Shown here one piece after another: positions 61,168-64,000 of a DNA stretch of 64,000 nucleotides. This stretch comes from Mobula hypostoma. Its lineage: Eukaryota. The stretch lies in contig NC_086100.1 of the NCBI RefSeq assembly GCF_963921235.1, positions 198,464,001-198,528,000 of the forward strand, given 5' to 3'. The notes beneath the pieces were generated by a model. It searched no databases. It was not told the origin of the DNA and saw only the letters and a program-made list of their open reading frames with translations. The position numbers and the translations under genes were made by a program. Positions within the stretch are counted from its first letter, which is position 1, and each line of letters opens with the position of its first letter.

Positions 61168-62167
61168 ACACACATCAAAGTTACTGGTGAACGCAGCAGG
61201 CCAGTCAGCGTCTCTAGGAAGAGGTACAGTCGACGTTTCGGGCCGAGACCCTTCGTCAGGACTAACTGAAGGAAGAGTGAGTAAGAGATTTGAAAGGGGG
61301 AGGGGGAGAGGGAGATCCAAAATGATAGGAGAAGACAGGAGGGGGAGGGATGGAGCCAAGAGCTGGAGAGTTAATCGGCAAAAGGGGTATGAGAGGATCA
61401 TGGGACAGGAGGCTTAGGGAGAAGGAAAAGGTGGGGGGGAAACCCAGGGGATGGGCAAGGGGTATAGTCAGAGGGACAGAGGGAGAAAAAGGAGAGTGAG
61501 AGAAAGAATGTATGTATATAAATAAATAACCGATGGTATACGAAGAGGAGGTGGGGCATTAGCGGAAGTTAGAGAAATCAATGTTCATGCCATCAGGTTG
61601 GAGGCTACCCAGACAGAATATAAGGTGTTGTTCCTCCAATCTGAGTATGGCTTCATCTTTACAGTAGAGGAGGCCATGGATAGACATGTCAGAATGGGAA
61701 TGGGATGTGGAATTAAAATGTATGGCCACTGGGAGATCCTGCTTTCTCTGGCGGACAGAGCGTAGGTGTTCAGCAAAATGATCTCCCAGTCTGCGTCGGG
61801 TCTCACCAATATATAGAAGGCCACATCTGGAGCACCGGACACAGTATATCACCCCAGCCGACTCACAGGTGAAGTGTCGCCTCACCTGGGAGGACTGTCT
61901 GGGGCCCTGAATGGTGGTAAGGGAGGAAGTGTAAGGGGATGTGTAGCACTTGTTCCGCTTACAAGGATAAGCGCCAGGAGGGAGATCAGTGGGGAGGGAT
62001 GGGGTGAACAAATGGACAAGGGAGTCGCATAGGGAGCGATCCCTGCGGAAAGCAGAGAGAGGGGGGAGAGAAAGATGTGCCTAGTGGTGGGATCCCGTTG
62101 AAGGTGGCGGAAGTTACGGAGAATTATATGTTGGACCCGGAGGCTGGTGGGATGGTAGGTGAGGACT
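61168..62167 (-). mobile_element. Penelope-like retroelement, 5'-truncated, GIY-YIG endonuclease domain, 15-bp TSD
   Basis: ORF 61559-62011: CxxxxCxxS...VIYCVRCSRCGLLYIGETRRRL...EHL. TSD acccaaatctgagta at 61153-61167 and 62168-62182. Confidence 0.92.
61227..61264 (-). ncRNA. Minimal type I hammerhead ribozyme (intact core)
   Basis: uaguc-CUGACGA-a-gggu-cucg-gccc-GAAA-c-GUC-gacug: stem I UAGUC/GACUG, stem II GGGU/GCCC, palindromic ACGU in place of stem III. Confidence 0.8.
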
Positions 62168-63112
62168 ACCCAAATCTGAGTATGAGATAGATACCTAATC
62201 CAAGACCAAGTGCGGATGATCTGAATCAGTATCCGATACTGGATCCAAATCCAAATCAGGTTTACTATCACTGACTTCTAAAACATGAAATTTGCTGTTT
62301 TGTGGCAGCAGTACAGTGCAAAGACATAAAAATTGCTATAAATTACAGAATATATACTGTATATAGTGCATAAGATAAAGACTAATGAGGTGGTGTTCAT
62401 GGACCGTTCAGAAATATGATGGTGGAGGGGAAGAAGCTGTTCCTGGATTGTTGAATGTGTGTCTTCAGGCTCCTGTACCTATTGCCTGATGGTAGCAATG
62501 AGAAGAGGGTGTGACCTGAATGGTGAGGGTCCTGAGTGATGGATCTCGTCTTCTTGAGGCACTGCCTATTGAATTTGTCCTCAGTAGTGGCGGGGGGCAG
62601 TGCCCATGATGGAGCTGGGTGTGTTTACAACCCTCTGCAGTTTTTATCGAACCGGTGCAGAGGCCGTTCCATTCCAGTAGTGATACCATCAGTTAGAATG
62701 CTCTCCACGGTACAGTAGCGGAAATTTGCTAGAGTCTTTGAAGGTGTCCTTGATGCTGGGGAGGGTTATGCCACGCTGGAGAACCTTCTGCAGCCTCTTG
62801 TGATCCTGTGCATTGGCCCCATCCATACCAGATGGTGATGGGTGTCTACATCTCTGAAAATCTATCCTGGGTCCAACATATTGATGCAATTGGAATGACA
62901 GTGGCTATATTACATTAGGAGTTCAAGGAGACTTGGTATGTCGCCAAAGACGCTCACATATTTCCACAGATGTATTGTGAAGAGCATTCTAACTGGTTGT
63001 ATCACCAACTGGTATAGAGGGGCCACTGCACAGGATCAGAAAAAGATGCAGAAAGGTGAAACTCAGACAGTCCCATCATGGCTTCCCCACCATCAAAGAC
63101 ATCTTTATTTAT

Positions 63113-63125
63113 TTTTCTTTCTTTC

Positions 63126-63163
<38 letters not shown>

Positions 63164-63239
63164 CCTCTCTCTCTCTTCCTCTCTCTCTCTCTCTTCCTCT
63201 CTCTCTCTCTTCCTCTCTCTCTCTTCCTCTCTCTCTCTT

Positions 63240-63273
<34 letters not shown>

Positions 63274-63507
63274 TCTTTCTCCCTCTCTCCCTCTCTCCCT
63301 CTCTCCCTCCCTCCCTCCCTCCCTCCCTCCCTCTCTCCCTCCCTCCCTCCCTCCCTCTCTCCCTCCCTCCCTCTCTCCCTCTCTCCCTCTCTCCCTCTCT
63401 CCCTCTCTCCCTCTCTCCCTCTCTCCCTCTCTCCCTCTCTCCCTCTCTCCCTCCCTCCCTCTCTCCCTCCCTCCCTCTCTCTCTCTCTCTCCCCCTCCCT
63501 CTCCCCT
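63113..63507 (+). repeat. (CT)n/(CTCC)n polypyrimidine tract
   Basis: About 400 nt of nearly pure pyrimidine, about 110 nt upstream of exon 4. Confidence 0.95.
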
Positions 63508-63615
63508 GGTTATGCCTTGCCCCTGAGTCACTCCTCCACCCACCCACCCACCAGCTTCCCCCTCACCACCCCCACCGGCCCAGCTGTGAACAACCTGTAT
63601 TCCATCTCTCCCCAG

Positions 63616-63709
63616 GTATTCGAAGGGACGTCGGGGATTGACGCCAAGCTGACAGCCTGTGAATTTACAGGGGACATTCTGCGGGCTCCGGTCTCCGAGG
63701 ACATGCTGG
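63616..63709 (+). CDS. atp6v1b1: V-type H+-ATPase subunit B1, exon 4 (gene continues beyond window)
   Basis: Acceptor tctctccccAG. 94 nt encoding [31 protein letters not shown](G). Donor GTGAGT. Confidence 0.95.
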
Positions 63710-64000
63710 GTGAGTTGGGCCCCTCTCCTGGGGAGGGTGGGGACATGAAGTGTTACCTGCCCTACGCCAGAGGCAGTGGTAAATCCACCCAGGAACAGCA
63801 AAGCTTCCAACACCCTCAGATCAATGCCAATGTGACCAAGTGTTCAAGATGGTGCCAGAGGCCATTCAGCCTGTCAATGATCATACTAGCCCTCTGAAGA
63901 GCAATCACTCAATCCTGTGCCCTCTCTGTCTTTATCCCCCTGTAAGTTTACTTTTCTTCACTCACACTTCCGTTCCAAACTGAAATTGTAGACCAATTCT

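Noticed and set aside
62938..63897. 319-aa ORF
   Set aside because: Chance read-through of a Rex1 fragment and the CT tract into real exon 4. Only 63616-63709 is coding.

Overview
This window is vertebrate DNA, almost certainly from a cartilaginous fish and probably a batoid (ray). That is inferred from the repeat landscape of CR1/HER1-like LINEs, V-SINEs, Rex1/Babar and Penelope elements. Two host genes lie on the + strand in the same order as human VAX2-ATP6V1B1. One is the last coding exon of the homeobox gene vax2 (27198-27605). The other is exons 1-4 of the V-ATPase B1 subunit gene atp6v1b1 (40711-40807, 59708-59763, 60695-60793, 63616-63709), which continues past the window. I could not find vax2 exons 1-2 in the window. 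Most of the remaining sequence is nested, decayed mobile elements (CR1, Rex1/Babar, RTE, Penelope-like, SINEs, Tc1 and hAT MITEs) plus several minisatellites. The most notable observations are: (i) an intact minimal type I hammerhead ribozyme in a Penelope-like element with a perfect 15-bp TSD, plus decayed copies; (ii) a possible coding exon on the minus strand at about 1071-1230; (iii) a ~680-bp non-autonomous retroposon with a YY1-type head and no tRNA head; (iv) several RTE-derived bipartite elements, including a tRNA-CORE-RTE SINE; (v) a forkhead site in the atp6v1b1 promoter and several unique CpG-rich candidate enhancers. I see no CRISPR array or prokaryotic system. Repeat boundaries are approximate unless a TSD is given.
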